From positions 95,783 to 159,782 of the forward strand of contig JAOPTT010000012.1 in NCBI GenBank assembly GCA_051531975.1: a stretch of DNA of 64,000 nt, read 5' to 3'. Positions 41,121 through 50,586 of the stretch are shown here, one piece after another; the stretch's first letter is position 1, and each line of letters begins with the position of its first letter. The notes under the pieces are model-generated. The model had not been told where the DNA came from and did not search any database. It saw nothing but the letters and a program-made list of their open reading frames with translations. Origin of the DNA: Spirochaetaceae bacterium. Its GTDB lineage: Bacteria > Spirochaetota > Spirochaetia > DSM-2461. A program made the position numbers and the translations under genes.

Positions 41121-44120
41121 TCAACTGTTCATTTTTAGAGTTTCACCTAAAACGTGACTAATTTCCGAGATAGTATATGGTTTATGTATAAAACTTGCTA
41201 AACCATTTCTTAATATTTCTTCAATATCCTCATTTTTGTTAAATCCCGATGATATTATAACCTTACAATTCTCATCTATTTCTTTCATCTTGTAAAATGC
41301 TTCTGTTCCACTAATTTTAGGCATTATCATATCCATTAAAACTATATCAATTTGTGAGTGTTTTATTTTAAAAATATCTATTGATTCTAATCCATCTTCC
41401 GCTAATAAAACCTTATATCCGAGAGACTCAAGAATGTCTTTACCCACAATTCTATTAATGTCTTCATCATCAACGAATAAGATTGTACCAGATCCAATTA
41501 AAATAGGACTTTGTTCTTTTTCTAATTTAATAGATGTCTGAGAACAAGGTATACTCATTGTAAATGTCGTACCAAAACCCACTTCACTATCAACTAAGAT
41601 CTCTCCTTCATGATCTACAATTGTTCCAAAAACAGCGGCTAATCCTAATCCTGTTCCCATCCCTTGTTCTTTTGTTGTGAAGAATGGATCGAATATTTTA
41701 TTAAGGATTTCAGATTGAATTCCAGTACCTGAATCACTTACACTGATTTTACAATATTTTCCAGGTTTAATATCAAAAGAACTTGTTTCACAATAAGATT
41801 GGTTTATGTCAATATCATCAGTAATAATATGAATCTCTCCTCCGCCGGTCATAGCATGACTAGCATTAATACACAAATTTAATAGAACATTTTGAAGTTT
41901 AGAACTATCTCCTAGAACATGGCAATTCTGTGCATTATTTTTATTGGAAATGACTATTTTTTTATCAATTGTATAATTAGTAATTGAAACTGTTTCTTCA
42001 ATAATCCTATGTAAATCTACAATATTTGAAGTTAAATTTTCTTTACGCCCAAATAAGAGAAGATTAGATATTGATTTAGCAGCTCGTTTGGATGCCTGTA
42101 ATATAATATTTACATACTTCTTATTCTTATCATCAAGATTTCTTTTGGGAGATAGAAGTAATTGAGCAGAACTCATTATTCCACTTAACATATTATTAAA
42201 ATCATGAGCCATTCCTCCAGCAAGTTGACCAAGAGCTTCCATTTTACTGTTATGGTAAATTTGTTTTTGTAATTTAGCTTTTTCATCTTCTGCACATTTC
42301 TGTTTTGTTATATTTTTTAATATTGCTAAATGTGTTGGATTTCCATTGTTTTTTGTATTGATAGGGGTAATCGTTAGTTCAATCCAGACAATGGAGCCAT
42401 TCTTGTGTATATACCGCTTAATCAGAGAAGACCTTGATCTCTGACCAAGAAGTAAAGGATTAATAATATCAAGAGTAGGTTTAATATCATCAGGATGAGT
42501 TAATTTAATCCAATCAAGTGATAGTAATTCTTCTTTTGTATAACCAATGATTTCTGATAATATTGTATTTACTTCTAATAATTGGCCTGTAATAGGATCA
42601 ATTAATGCTATTCCATATGGAGCTTGTTCAACCATATCTCTCAAACGGGCTTCACTTTCTTTTTGTTTTACTTCTGCTCTTTTACGCTTTGTAATATCAA
42701 TTGAAACAATCATTATATAATCCAAAATACCTTTATTATCACTAACCGGAATAATAGTTGAATGGAACCATAATTCTTTTCCATTAATATCAGAAGCTAA
42801 TGCTTCCAACGTAATAATATCAACTGTGTTTTTAGCTTTTTTTAGACTTGAAGTCATAGAATTTTGAAACGTTTCTGAAGAAAAATAGAAAGGATATGGC
42901 TTACCATAGTGATCTTCAATATTCTCTATATTCAAGCCATCTATCCCCGCACGACTCATATATTGTAAATTGAAATCTAAATCAACTATTTTTGTACATG
43001 CCGGCGAATTTTCGAGATAAGCCAAGTTCCTTTCCTCTGAGAATTTCAATTTTTCCTCAGCTTGTAAACGCTCATAAATCATAATATTTTTTTGACGTAT
43101 TATGCCTGAAATCACATATGCAATGCTTATATCCAGAAAAAATAAGAAGATTATTATAAAACGAATTTGAAAAAATATTTGACTCCACTTTATTTCTAAA
43201 TCTTCATATATAATTGTATTTAATAAAATCCAACTATTTTCTCGGTTATTAAGATTTTCTGAATATGGTCTAATTCGTATTGAAGTATAAATTACATTAT
43301 CTGCAACTATCTGATTTTGTTCTGAGTTTGATATATTCTCAAATAATTTAGGAGATTGAATATTAAAATTTATATCCTTTCTTTCTGAATACATAAATCC
43401 CCATTCTTTTTGAGAATTATTATCATATATCCAATATCCATCATTATTTAGAAGGGAAAATTTTCCTAATTCATCTATTGTTGCCCTTTGTAAATCATCT
43501 AATATTATATTTCCCAAATAATTGAAAATTATTATTCCTTTGTTTTTCATCGTTGTATTATAAACAGGTGTGCCGAATCGAATCATTGGCTTTATTGGTA
43601 ATTCAATTTTATTATTTTCAACATTGAGATCAAATGGTGAATTGTATACTTCATCAATACCAACTGAAATTGATTTAGAAAAATAATATCTGTCTTTTTT
43701 ATTTTGCAATTGAGACTTTTCAACAATAACTGGATGGCCATAATTATAATTTACCCTGACAATCTCATCTCCATTTTCATCAATATATCGGATTTGATCA
43801 TAAACTTTTTTACTTTTAATAAATTGAAGAAATTCATTTTCAATTTTTATTCTGTCAGATTCATTATGAGATTTTTGATAACTTAGAAAATCATTTATAT
43901 TGGGTAAAAAGAACAGATCAGATTGGATGGAATCAAGATGATTCATTATCAGTTCTTTTTGATATTCGATTTGATTCAGTGATGACTTTTTTGTAATTTC
44001 TATTTGACGATTTCTCTCAAGATTTTTAAAAAAAGTAATTGAAGAGAAAGATATTATAAATAGTATCAAAAAGAATATAACAAAAAACCTGAAACGAATT
44101 AAATCTATATTTTTTTTCAT
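41121..44120 (-). CDS. hybrid sensor histidine kinase (Cache-PAS-PAS-HisKA-HATPase-REC)
   Basis: GQLAGGMAHDFNN, NLCINA, DSGTG, PFFTTK..G.GTGLGL, C-terminal VDDE..DMIMP. Confidence 0.93.
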   Translation of the reverse strand: MKKNIDLIRFRFFVIFFLILFIISFSSITFFKNLERNRQIEITKKSSLNQIEYQKELIMNHLDSIQSDLFFLPNINDFLSYQKSHNESDRIKIENEFLQFIKSKKVYDQIRYIDENGDEIVRVNYNYGHPVIVEKSQLQNKKDRYYFSKSISVGIDEVYNSPFDLNVENNKIELPIKPMIRFGTPVYNTTMKNKGIIIFNYLGNIILDDLQRATIDELGKFSLLNNDGYWIYDNNSQKEWGFMYSERKDINFNIQSPKLFENISNSEQNQIVADNVIYTSIRIRPYSENLNNRENSWILLNTIIYEDLEIKWSQIFFQIRFIIIFLFFLDISIAYVISGIIRQKNIMIYERLQAEEKLKFSEERNLAYLENSPACTKIVDLDFNLQYMSRAGIDGLNIENIEDHYGKPYPFYFSSETFQNSMTSSLKKAKNTVDIITLEALASDINGKELWFHSTIIPVSDNKGILDYIMIVSIDITKRKRAEVKQKESEARLRDMVEQAPYGIALIDPITGQLLEVNTILSEIIGYTKEELLSLDWIKLTHPDDIKPTLDIINPLLLGQRSRSSLIKRYIHKNGSIVWIELTITPINTKNNGNPTHLAILKNITKQKCAEDEKAKLQKQIYHNSKMEALGQLAGGMAHDFNNMLSGIMSSAQLLLSPKRNLDDKNKKYVNIILQASKRAAKSISNLLLFGRKENLTSNIVDLHRIIEETVSITNYTIDKKIVISNKNNAQNCHVLGDSSKLQNVLLNLCINASHAMTGGGEIHIITDDIDINQSYCETSSFDIKPGKYCKISVSDSGTGIQSEILNKIFDPFFTTKEQGMGTGLGLAAVFGTIVDHEGEILVDSEVGFGTTFTMSIPCSQTSIKLEKEQSPILIGSGTILFVDDEDINRIVGKDILESLGYKVLLAEDGLESIDIFKIKHSQIDIVLMDMIMPKISGTEAFYKMKEIDENCKVIISSGFNKNEDIEEILRNGLASFIHKPYTISEISHVLGETLKMNS

Positions 44121-44727
44121 AACCAACTCTTTTCAAATTCAAATATATTTTGATTCTCATAAGAACTTAATGGCTCTATTACGCTTGAAATAATTATTAG
44201 TTTTTTCATATTATCTTCCTTTTTTGTATAACACTTTTTACACTACTACTAATTAAAATATGCTACTCCGGCCAAATATCATAAACAAAACCTATTGAAT
44301 CTGTTTGATATATAATTTCTCCAGAATAATAATACTAAAGCCAAATTGTGTAAGAGGAATTGTAAATTTCCCATCAGTTGTTATATTGTTAATATCTAAT
44401 ATTCCACAATAAGTTGGCTTTTTTATCAATTAATCTTAAGGTAAATATAATTTTATTTATATGAGAAAAAGTTATATATTTGGCTATTTAGTTATAGAAC
44501 TATGGATTTGTTAGTTTAGTAGCTATTAAAACCATCACAAACTCCCCCCAAATGGGGTTTTTCACAAAAATAATGGGACTGAAGTTTTAGAACCATATAG
44601 AGTTATTTTTAGAATCGTACTTTAAATTTAAAAGCAATATTGAGATGGTATCATAGTAATAATCTACTGTTTCTTAATGATGATTATTATGTTGAAATTG
44701 AAATAGCTGTATCACCTAGACGTTTCC

Positions 44728-45396
44728 TCAAATAATATAGCCAAAACCATGTACGTTTGATATTAGATATGTTGAAAATCCTGTATTAATTTTTTTTCGT
44801 AGATAACCGATATAAACTGTGACACTGTTAGTATCTACAGAATTATTAATATCCCAGACACTCTCCAGGATCTGCTGTTTACTGACTATTTGTCCATGAT
44901 TCTTCATCAAGAATTCTAGCAACAGAAATTCTTTTCTGGTCAGATATATCTGCTTCTCTGCCCGGTAAACTAATAAGGAAGTAGAGTTTAATACTAGATC
45001 ATCGACTACATAAATAGAGTCTGAACTCCCATCCGGTAACCATTTCCTCAATCTTGCTTTTATTCTGGCAGAGAGTTCCTCAATTTCATAGGGTTTAGTA
45101 ATATAATCATCTGCTCCAGCTTCCAGTCCCTCAACAATATCTGAAACATGGGATTTACCCGAAAGAAATATAATAGGGATCTGTGAGATCTTGCGAATAC
45201 GTCTGCAAACTTCCACCCCATTTAAATTCGGTAACATTATATCCATCAGTATCAGGTCAAAAGAGAAATTATTAAAGTTAGCAATAGCACTCCGTCCATT
45301 GTTAAAAATTTCAACTTCGTATCCATCATTAGTTAGTTCATCCTGTAATAAAAATGCATTGATTTGATCATCTTCTATAATCATTATTTTAGACAT
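44728..45396 (-). CDS. OmpR/PhoB-family response regulator
   Basis: IEDD, DIMLP..NG, GADDYITKP, LT.KEF.LLE.L, G.GY. Confidence 0.93.
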   Translation of the reverse strand: MSKIMIIEDDQINAFLLQDELTNDGYEVEIFNNGRSAIANFNNFSFDLILMDIMLPNLNGVEVCRRIRKISQIPIIFLSGKSHVSDIVEGLEAGADDYITKPYEIEELSARIKARLRKWLPDGSSDSIYVVDDLVLNSTSLLVYRAEKQIYLTRKEFLLLEFLMKNHGQIVSKQQILESVWDINNSVDTNSVTVYIGYLRKKINTGFSTYLISNVHGFGYII

Positions 45397-45440
45397 TGTA
45401 CATCCCTTCTTATGTAAACCTATTGTTTGCTACTTTAGAT

Positions 45441-46172
45441 TTAAAAAATATTTCTTTTTACTAGTCTCTTGTATATGTCGGGATATTCTCTTTTTACACA
45501 CTCAGAACACAAACTATGGCTTATTTCTGCACCTTGGTAATTATTAAGCATATAGGATTCAATATCCTCCCACTCATTATTTTTATTGCGAATTCTTTTA
45601 CAATAAGAACACATAGATAGAATCTTTTTCTGTTTAGACTCTTTTTTATCATTTAAAATTATAAGTTCTTGTTCTAATAATGTCATTTTTGAAATCAAAT
45701 CTAAAAGTAGAATATGTGATTTCATAATTACTGTTATTTGTTTGTTATCTATGACAATAGTGTTATTCATTTGAATTAAGAATTTTTTCAATTTATTACA
45801 TCTCTTCCCTTTTTTTTTCCGGAGTAAATCTCCATCTTGTGGTTTAATTAAAAATGCTTCAGATATTAGGTTACCAAAATATTGTTTGTCAATAACAATA
45901 GGGAATGAAAATTTAATAATATCATTACAACATGAACCTAAAGAACAATTACATTTTTTTTGCTTTTTTTCAGGCTTATATATAACATGTTTAGTACAAC
46001 ATATCGAAGATTTGTATTCATTCATTATAAAACCATTGCATGATTTTCTATTAATATTATCATTTTCCTTTATGTCTATAATTTCACATGAGATTTTAGA
46101 AATATTTTCGAAATTACTTTTCAGCATTGGGAGAAAATTGGATTTTATATTTTCCAAAATAACAGTATTCAT
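45441..46172 (-). CDS. PocR-like sensor domain protein with C-terminal Cys/His motif
   Basis: Cys-rich N-terminus and FSFPIVID; C-terminal CSYCKRIR....W..IE.Y......ISHSLC..C. Confidence 0.6.
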   Translation of the reverse strand: MNTVILENIKSNFLPMLKSNFENISKISCEIIDIKENDNINRKSCNGFIMNEYKSSICCTKHVIYKPEKKQKKCNCSLGSCCNDIIKFSFPIVIDKQYFGNLISEAFLIKPQDGDLLRKKKGKRCNKLKKFLIQMNNTIVIDNKQITVIMKSHILLLDLISKMTLLEQELIILNDKKESKQKKILSMCSYCKRIRNKNNEWEDIESYMLNNYQGAEISHSLCSECVKREYPDIYKRLVKRNIF

Positions 46173-46402
46173 TATTCATCCTTATAATAGTCTTTTTAAT
46201 TAATAGTCATTTTTTAAATACTCACCAAATTAGCTAATCTAATTTAGCAATAGTTTATTTCATTTAAATCTTATTTCTTAATTTCATAAAAAATTAAATT
46301 CTAATTCAATTTAAAATGTTAAAGGGGAGAAATAAAGATTTAAGTATAAAATTATATTAATTTAATAAGAATTAATTTGGATGGCCTCATTATAGAACAA
46401 TT

Positions 46403-46439
46403 TTTCACTGTTTAAACTATATATCGTGATTTAGGCCAT
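46403..46439 (-). other. junction motif after truncated recQ copy 3
   Basis: ATGGCCTAAATCACGATATATAGTTTAAACAGTGAAA. Confidence 0.65.
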
Positions 46440-47129
46440 ACCATATGCACAAGTTGCATTCAATATCCCTGTATCACTATCAAAAAACCACTTCTCTATT
46501 TCAGTTTTTTCCTCTTTAGTTAATCCAGCATGGTAATAAATAATATCATCTCTTACTAACCTTCTAGCTAAAAATGTACTAGTTAATTCTGTACTTACTC
46601 TACTTGAGTGAAAGATAATTGCAGGTGTTTCTATATTTTTAACAAGATGAACTAATGTCTTTTTTTTATTAATACAGGGAATAACGGAATAATTATTATT
46701 AACCCTATCAGGATTTCCTCTGACAACATTTGTATCCTCCCCTAAAATATATATTTAATAACATTATCTACAATTCTCTGGGAGGCAGTTGCGGTATAGG
46801 CTGTAACCATCTCCACACCAATAGTTTTAATATGTTCCCCAACTTCTAAATAGGTAGGTCTAAAACTCTCTCCCCATTCTGATACAGTGTGGGTTTCATC
46901 AATTACTACGTGGTTAATAAAAGCCCCAGATAACAGTTCTAACACCACAGAGGGATTTTCCTGCACCTGTTGGTAGTAAAACTATCTGTCTTGGTATGGT
47001 TTCAAGTTTATCATCATCACCATAAAAACCTGCAGCCCTAAGGGTGTTTGATATTACAAGTCTCTGAAATGGGAATATGTAGTCTATGTTAAATAGTTCT
47101 TTTGCTTTGCCATTAATAAAGTCTTCCAT
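46431..47129 (-). pseudogene. recQ: recQ 5' copy 3, ATG to motif V (AYGMA*), 221-bp internal deletion plus frameshift
   Basis: Explains ORFs 46914-47186 and 46742-46966; deletion junction ACAGAGG at 46947-46953; upstream homology to 47180. Confidence 0.93.
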
Positions 47130-47450
47130 AAAAGATATATATGGTGTTTCTATGAATAACTTCAGAATGAAAGAATATTTAAGCATTTGTCAAAAAGATA
47201 TGGTGTTGAAATTATTATAGAAGCTGTAGAGCAAAAAGAAGGTGGTTTTAGATAAATATGGAAAAATATTCTGTTACTGCACTTACATCCATAAATAGTA
47301 AGATAGAATACTATCCATTTACAGTAAAATCCAGTATATTTTACCTAGGGTTATGTTCATAATATGGAAGTATATCAGGAACAGTACTGTTTTCATTTAC
47401 GAAGTTCGTTTTAATAAGATCGGAACTGGAAAATTTGAATAATTTACACC

Positions 47451-49667
47451 ATGGTTAAGAATTTAGATGTTGCTACTATTAAGGGGAATTCCATTAGAAA
47501 AGAAGCGTTTCATTTAATCCTGATTGTTTTTCTCTTTCTATTTTCTGCAAGTAATATAACTGCTGCTCCAGAAATACAGCCCCCGATAGCTATTGAAGGT
47601 GTTATCGATCTGCAGAACTATAACTTTGAAAAAGACGGCTCCATCAATCTTTCCGGTCAATGGAACTTTTTCTGGAGTGAGTTGCTTAATCCTGATCAAC
47701 TCACTGATTACAGCAATTCAATATATGTTTCTGTCCCTGATAAATGGACCAATTATCAAATAGATAACGTAAATATCACTGCCAAAGGATGGGCTACTTA
47801 CTCCTTGAATATGCTTGTTCCCGATGACAATCAGATATATGGAATCTACATTAAAAGTGAGGGGAGTGCTTATAAGCTTTGGATTGACGGACAGCTTATG
47901 GCTTATGGCGGACAGCTAGGCACTTCTTTAAAAACTGAAACCCCAAACATAGGGCCAGTCAGGGTTTTCTTTGAACCGGAAAATGATAAAGTCGAAATCG
48001 TTGTTCAAATATCAAACTATCACCACCGAAAAGCAGGGTTTCGGAATGCGTTTTTACTAGGTTTAGCGGAACCTGTTCATCAACAAATGCAGAACTGGAT
48101 TGTGGCAGCCATCTCAATTGCGATCTTTTTTATAATGGGTCTATATCATCTATTTTTATTTATATTCCAGACCAGGGATAAATCACCCCTATACTTTGCC
48201 ATTATATGCTGGTTATTAACTGTTCGAGGAATAGCTATAAATAAGATTATTTTGCTTTATTTCATCCCTTCCATGAGCTGGACTTTAGCTTTTAGGCTGG
48301 AATACCTGACATTTTTTATAATTCCTTTACTATTCACACTGTTCATGCGAAGTTTGTATCCAAAAGAGCTAAATCCCTGGTTTATGCGAATTATAATTGG
48401 AATTGTCTGCTCATTTTCACTGTTTTTACTATTCACAAGTACAATAACATTAAGTTACGCGGCACCTTACTTTCAATACTTTATCCTAGGTACTATTATA
48501 TATTGGTTATTTTTTCTTGTTAGAATTCTAATCCATCGCCGTGAGGGAGCTTACTACATTGCATTAGCTTCATTTTTGCTGTTTATTACTGTAATTATGG
48601 AAACATTGTATTTTAGAGATGTAGTCAATCTGGGACATGTCACAACTTTGGGATTTCTTGCCTTTATTTTTGTTCAGGCAATATTGTTGTCATTTCGTTT
48701 TTCCAAATCGTTTACCAGAGTAGAAAGCTTATCTGTCGAGTTAAAAGAAACAAATATCAATCTGGAACATAGTGAAAAAAAATATCGTAATATCTTCAAC
48801 GATTCCAAAGATGTTATTTTTATTACAACAATGGATACAACCATTGAAGATATCAGCCCCTCCTGCAAAGAAATTCTTGGTTATACAAAAGAAGAATTAA
48901 TTGATAAGAAAGTTGAAGATATCATGGTTAATCCAGCTGAGATATCCTTATACATTGAAAAAATCAGGGAAAAGAAGTCGATAAAGAATATTGAGGTATA
49001 TGTTCAAAAAAAGGATGGTAAAGACATAAGTACACTTGTCAGTGTTAGTTATCGCCAAGATGAAAAGGGTACGATAATTGGAGTTCAAGGTACTCTGCAT
49101 GATCTCTCTGCTATAAAAGAAGCCGAAGCTGAACGGTTGAATGCACAAAAACTCGAACAAATCTCAATAACTGATCCTCTGACAGGAATATACAACCGCC
49201 GATATTTATTCCAGGAAGCCGAAAAAGAGATAGACCGTGCCAAACGACAAGATGAGCCGCTGACAGTTATCTTTTTTGATATTGATCACTTTAAGATAAT
49301 TAATGATACCTACGGACATCTAATCGGTGACCAAATTCTAATCGGTCTTACTGCCTTGTGTCAGAAACATATTAGAAATATCGATATTTTGACCAGGTTT
49401 GGGGGTGAAGAATTTGTTATATTAATGCCTGCTACAGATATCAACTCAGCTGAGATGACTGCTGAACGATTACGGAAGATAGTCTCTGAAACCCCGCTTA
49501 CAAAATTTAAATCTAAAGAAATATCTATAACTATTAGTTTGGGTATTGCTCTTTGGAAGCAATCTAATTCTTTAGACTTTAATGAATTGTTGGAACAAGC
49601 TGACAATGCACTATATCAGTCTAAAGAGGGCGGAAGAAATCAAGTTACTATTTTCTCTGAAGGATAA
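47451..49667 (+). CDS. 7TM-DISM/PAS diguanylate cyclase
   Basis: L.G.W.F.W..L sensor domain, 7TM region, PAS, TDPLTG.YNRR, GGEEF. Confidence 0.9.
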   Translation: MVKNLDVATIKGNSIRKEAFHLILIVFLFLFSASNITAAPEIQPPIAIEGVIDLQNYNFEKDGSINLSGQWNFFWSELLNPDQLTDYSNSIYVSVPDKWTNYQIDNVNITAKGWATYSLNMLVPDDNQIYGIYIKSEGSAYKLWIDGQLMAYGGQLGTSLKTETPNIGPVRVFFEPENDKVEIVVQISNYHHRKAGFRNAFLLGLAEPVHQQMQNWIVAAISIAIFFIMGLYHLFLFIFQTRDKSPLYFAIICWLLTVRGIAINKIILLYFIPSMSWTLAFRLEYLTFFIIPLLFTLFMRSLYPKELNPWFMRIIIGIVCSFSLFLLFTSTITLSYAAPYFQYFILGTIIYWLFFLVRILIHRREGAYYIALASFLLFITVIMETLYFRDVVNLGHVTTLGFLAFIFVQAILLSFRFSKSFTRVESLSVELKETNINLEHSEKKYRNIFNDSKDVIFITTMDTTIEDISPSCKEILGYTKEELIDKKVEDIMVNPAEISLYIEKIREKKSIKNIEVYVQKKDGKDISTLVSVSYRQDEKGTIIGVQGTLHDLSAIKEAEAERLNAQKLEQISITDPLTGIYNRRYLFQEAEKEIDRAKRQDEPLTVIFFDIDHFKIINDTYGHLIGDQILIGLTALCQKHIRNIDILTRFGGEEFVILMPATDINSAEMTAERLRKIVSETPLTKFKSKEISITISLGIALWKQSNSLDFNELLEQADNALYQSKEGGRNQVTIFSEG

Positions 49668-49697
49668 GTTTTAAAAGGAAGATAAATCAAGCCTATG

Positions 49698-49930
49698 GGT
49701 GTACTATAGTTTTTACCAAATCTACCAATGTCTCTTTTTTACTAATGCAAGGTATACAGAGTACCTAATATTATTCCTATCAGGATTTCACTGCTCTAGT
49801 AGGCATTCAAACTATCTTTCTTGGTATGTTTTCAAGTTTATCATCATCAAAATAAAAACCTGAAGCTCTATGGGTGTTCGCTATTACAAGTCCATGGAGT
49901 GGGAATATGTAGTCTATGTTAAATAGTTCT
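49698..49930 (-). pseudogene. recQ: highly decayed recQ 5' copy 4 with a large internal deletion
   Basis: 49698-49789 resembles intact ~36594-36688, joined to a match of intact ~37146-37292 (e.g. gggaatatgtagtctatgttaaatag). Confidence 0.85.
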
Positions 49931-50089
49931 ATATGGTCTAACTAGACATATTTTGCTTGCTAATTGGTATTCCAAACTACTCAAATCTATTTTCCAGTTG
50001 GTAGATAGATAAAAATAACAAATAATTTCTGTTCAAGTTAATTAAATATAACATCTATTTCTTAATTTACTAAAAGATTATATAGATAT

Positions 50090-50584
50090 TTACTCAATTA
50101 CAGTAATTTCTACAGTGTAGTATTTAGATTTTAAATTAGGGAAAAAAGAGACAGATTCATGATTATCTAATCTAACATCAAGTGTAGTTGTAACATTCTC
50201 TGTGAAATGATACGAACTAATATCAACATAACCAGCATCATTATAATTTTGTAAGCTAGGTATATCCTCTGAGTTTAAGTATTGTACATATTCTTCGTCT
50301 TCAATATAAAGTGATAAATAGACACCACTTATACTTAATAGAAACCACGTTTCAGAGTCTAAAACACTTTTATCAACTACAATTTCATAATTTTTATCAT
50401 CAATATATGTTGCAATTAGGTTTATGGATTCATCTGGTGAAGATAAAGTAATACTCTCTATACTTAACTCTCCATAATTAGGGTCATTAGTATTAGGAGT
50501 ATCTGTACCTATTCCAGAGATCATAAAACAGCTAGTGAGGTATAATATAAATACTATTAAAATTATATACTTTATATTTTTCAT
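50090..50584 (-). CDS. putative lipoprotein
   Basis: Signal peptide with LTSC lipobox. Confidence 0.7.
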   Translation of the reverse strand: MKNIKYIILIVFILYLTSCFMISGIGTDTPNTNDPNYGELSIESITLSSPDESINLIATYIDDKNYEIVVDKSVLDSETWFLLSISGVYLSLYIEDEEYVQYLNSEDIPSLQNYNDAGYVDISSYHFTENVTTTLDVRLDNHESVSFFPNLKSKYYTVEITVIE

Positions 50585-50586
50585 TA

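Noticed and set aside
39929..47180. recQ repeats as an assembly artefact
   Set aside because: Copies are clearly divergent, each has distinct lesions and unique flanking cargo; long-read confirmation is still desirable.
46742..47186. ORFs 46742-46966 and 46914-47186 (also 39182-39424) as independent genes
   Set aside because: They are frame fragments of recQ pseudo-copies, or overlap the ParE gene.
35919..49930. Diversity-generating retroelement (TR/VR) as the explanation for the recQ repeats
   Set aside because: No reverse transcriptase in the window, and differences are not adenine-specific but mostly at third codon positions.
37429..49930. Classical integron or prophage
   Set aside because: No IntI or other integrase, no attC-like hairpins that I could recognise, and no phage genes.
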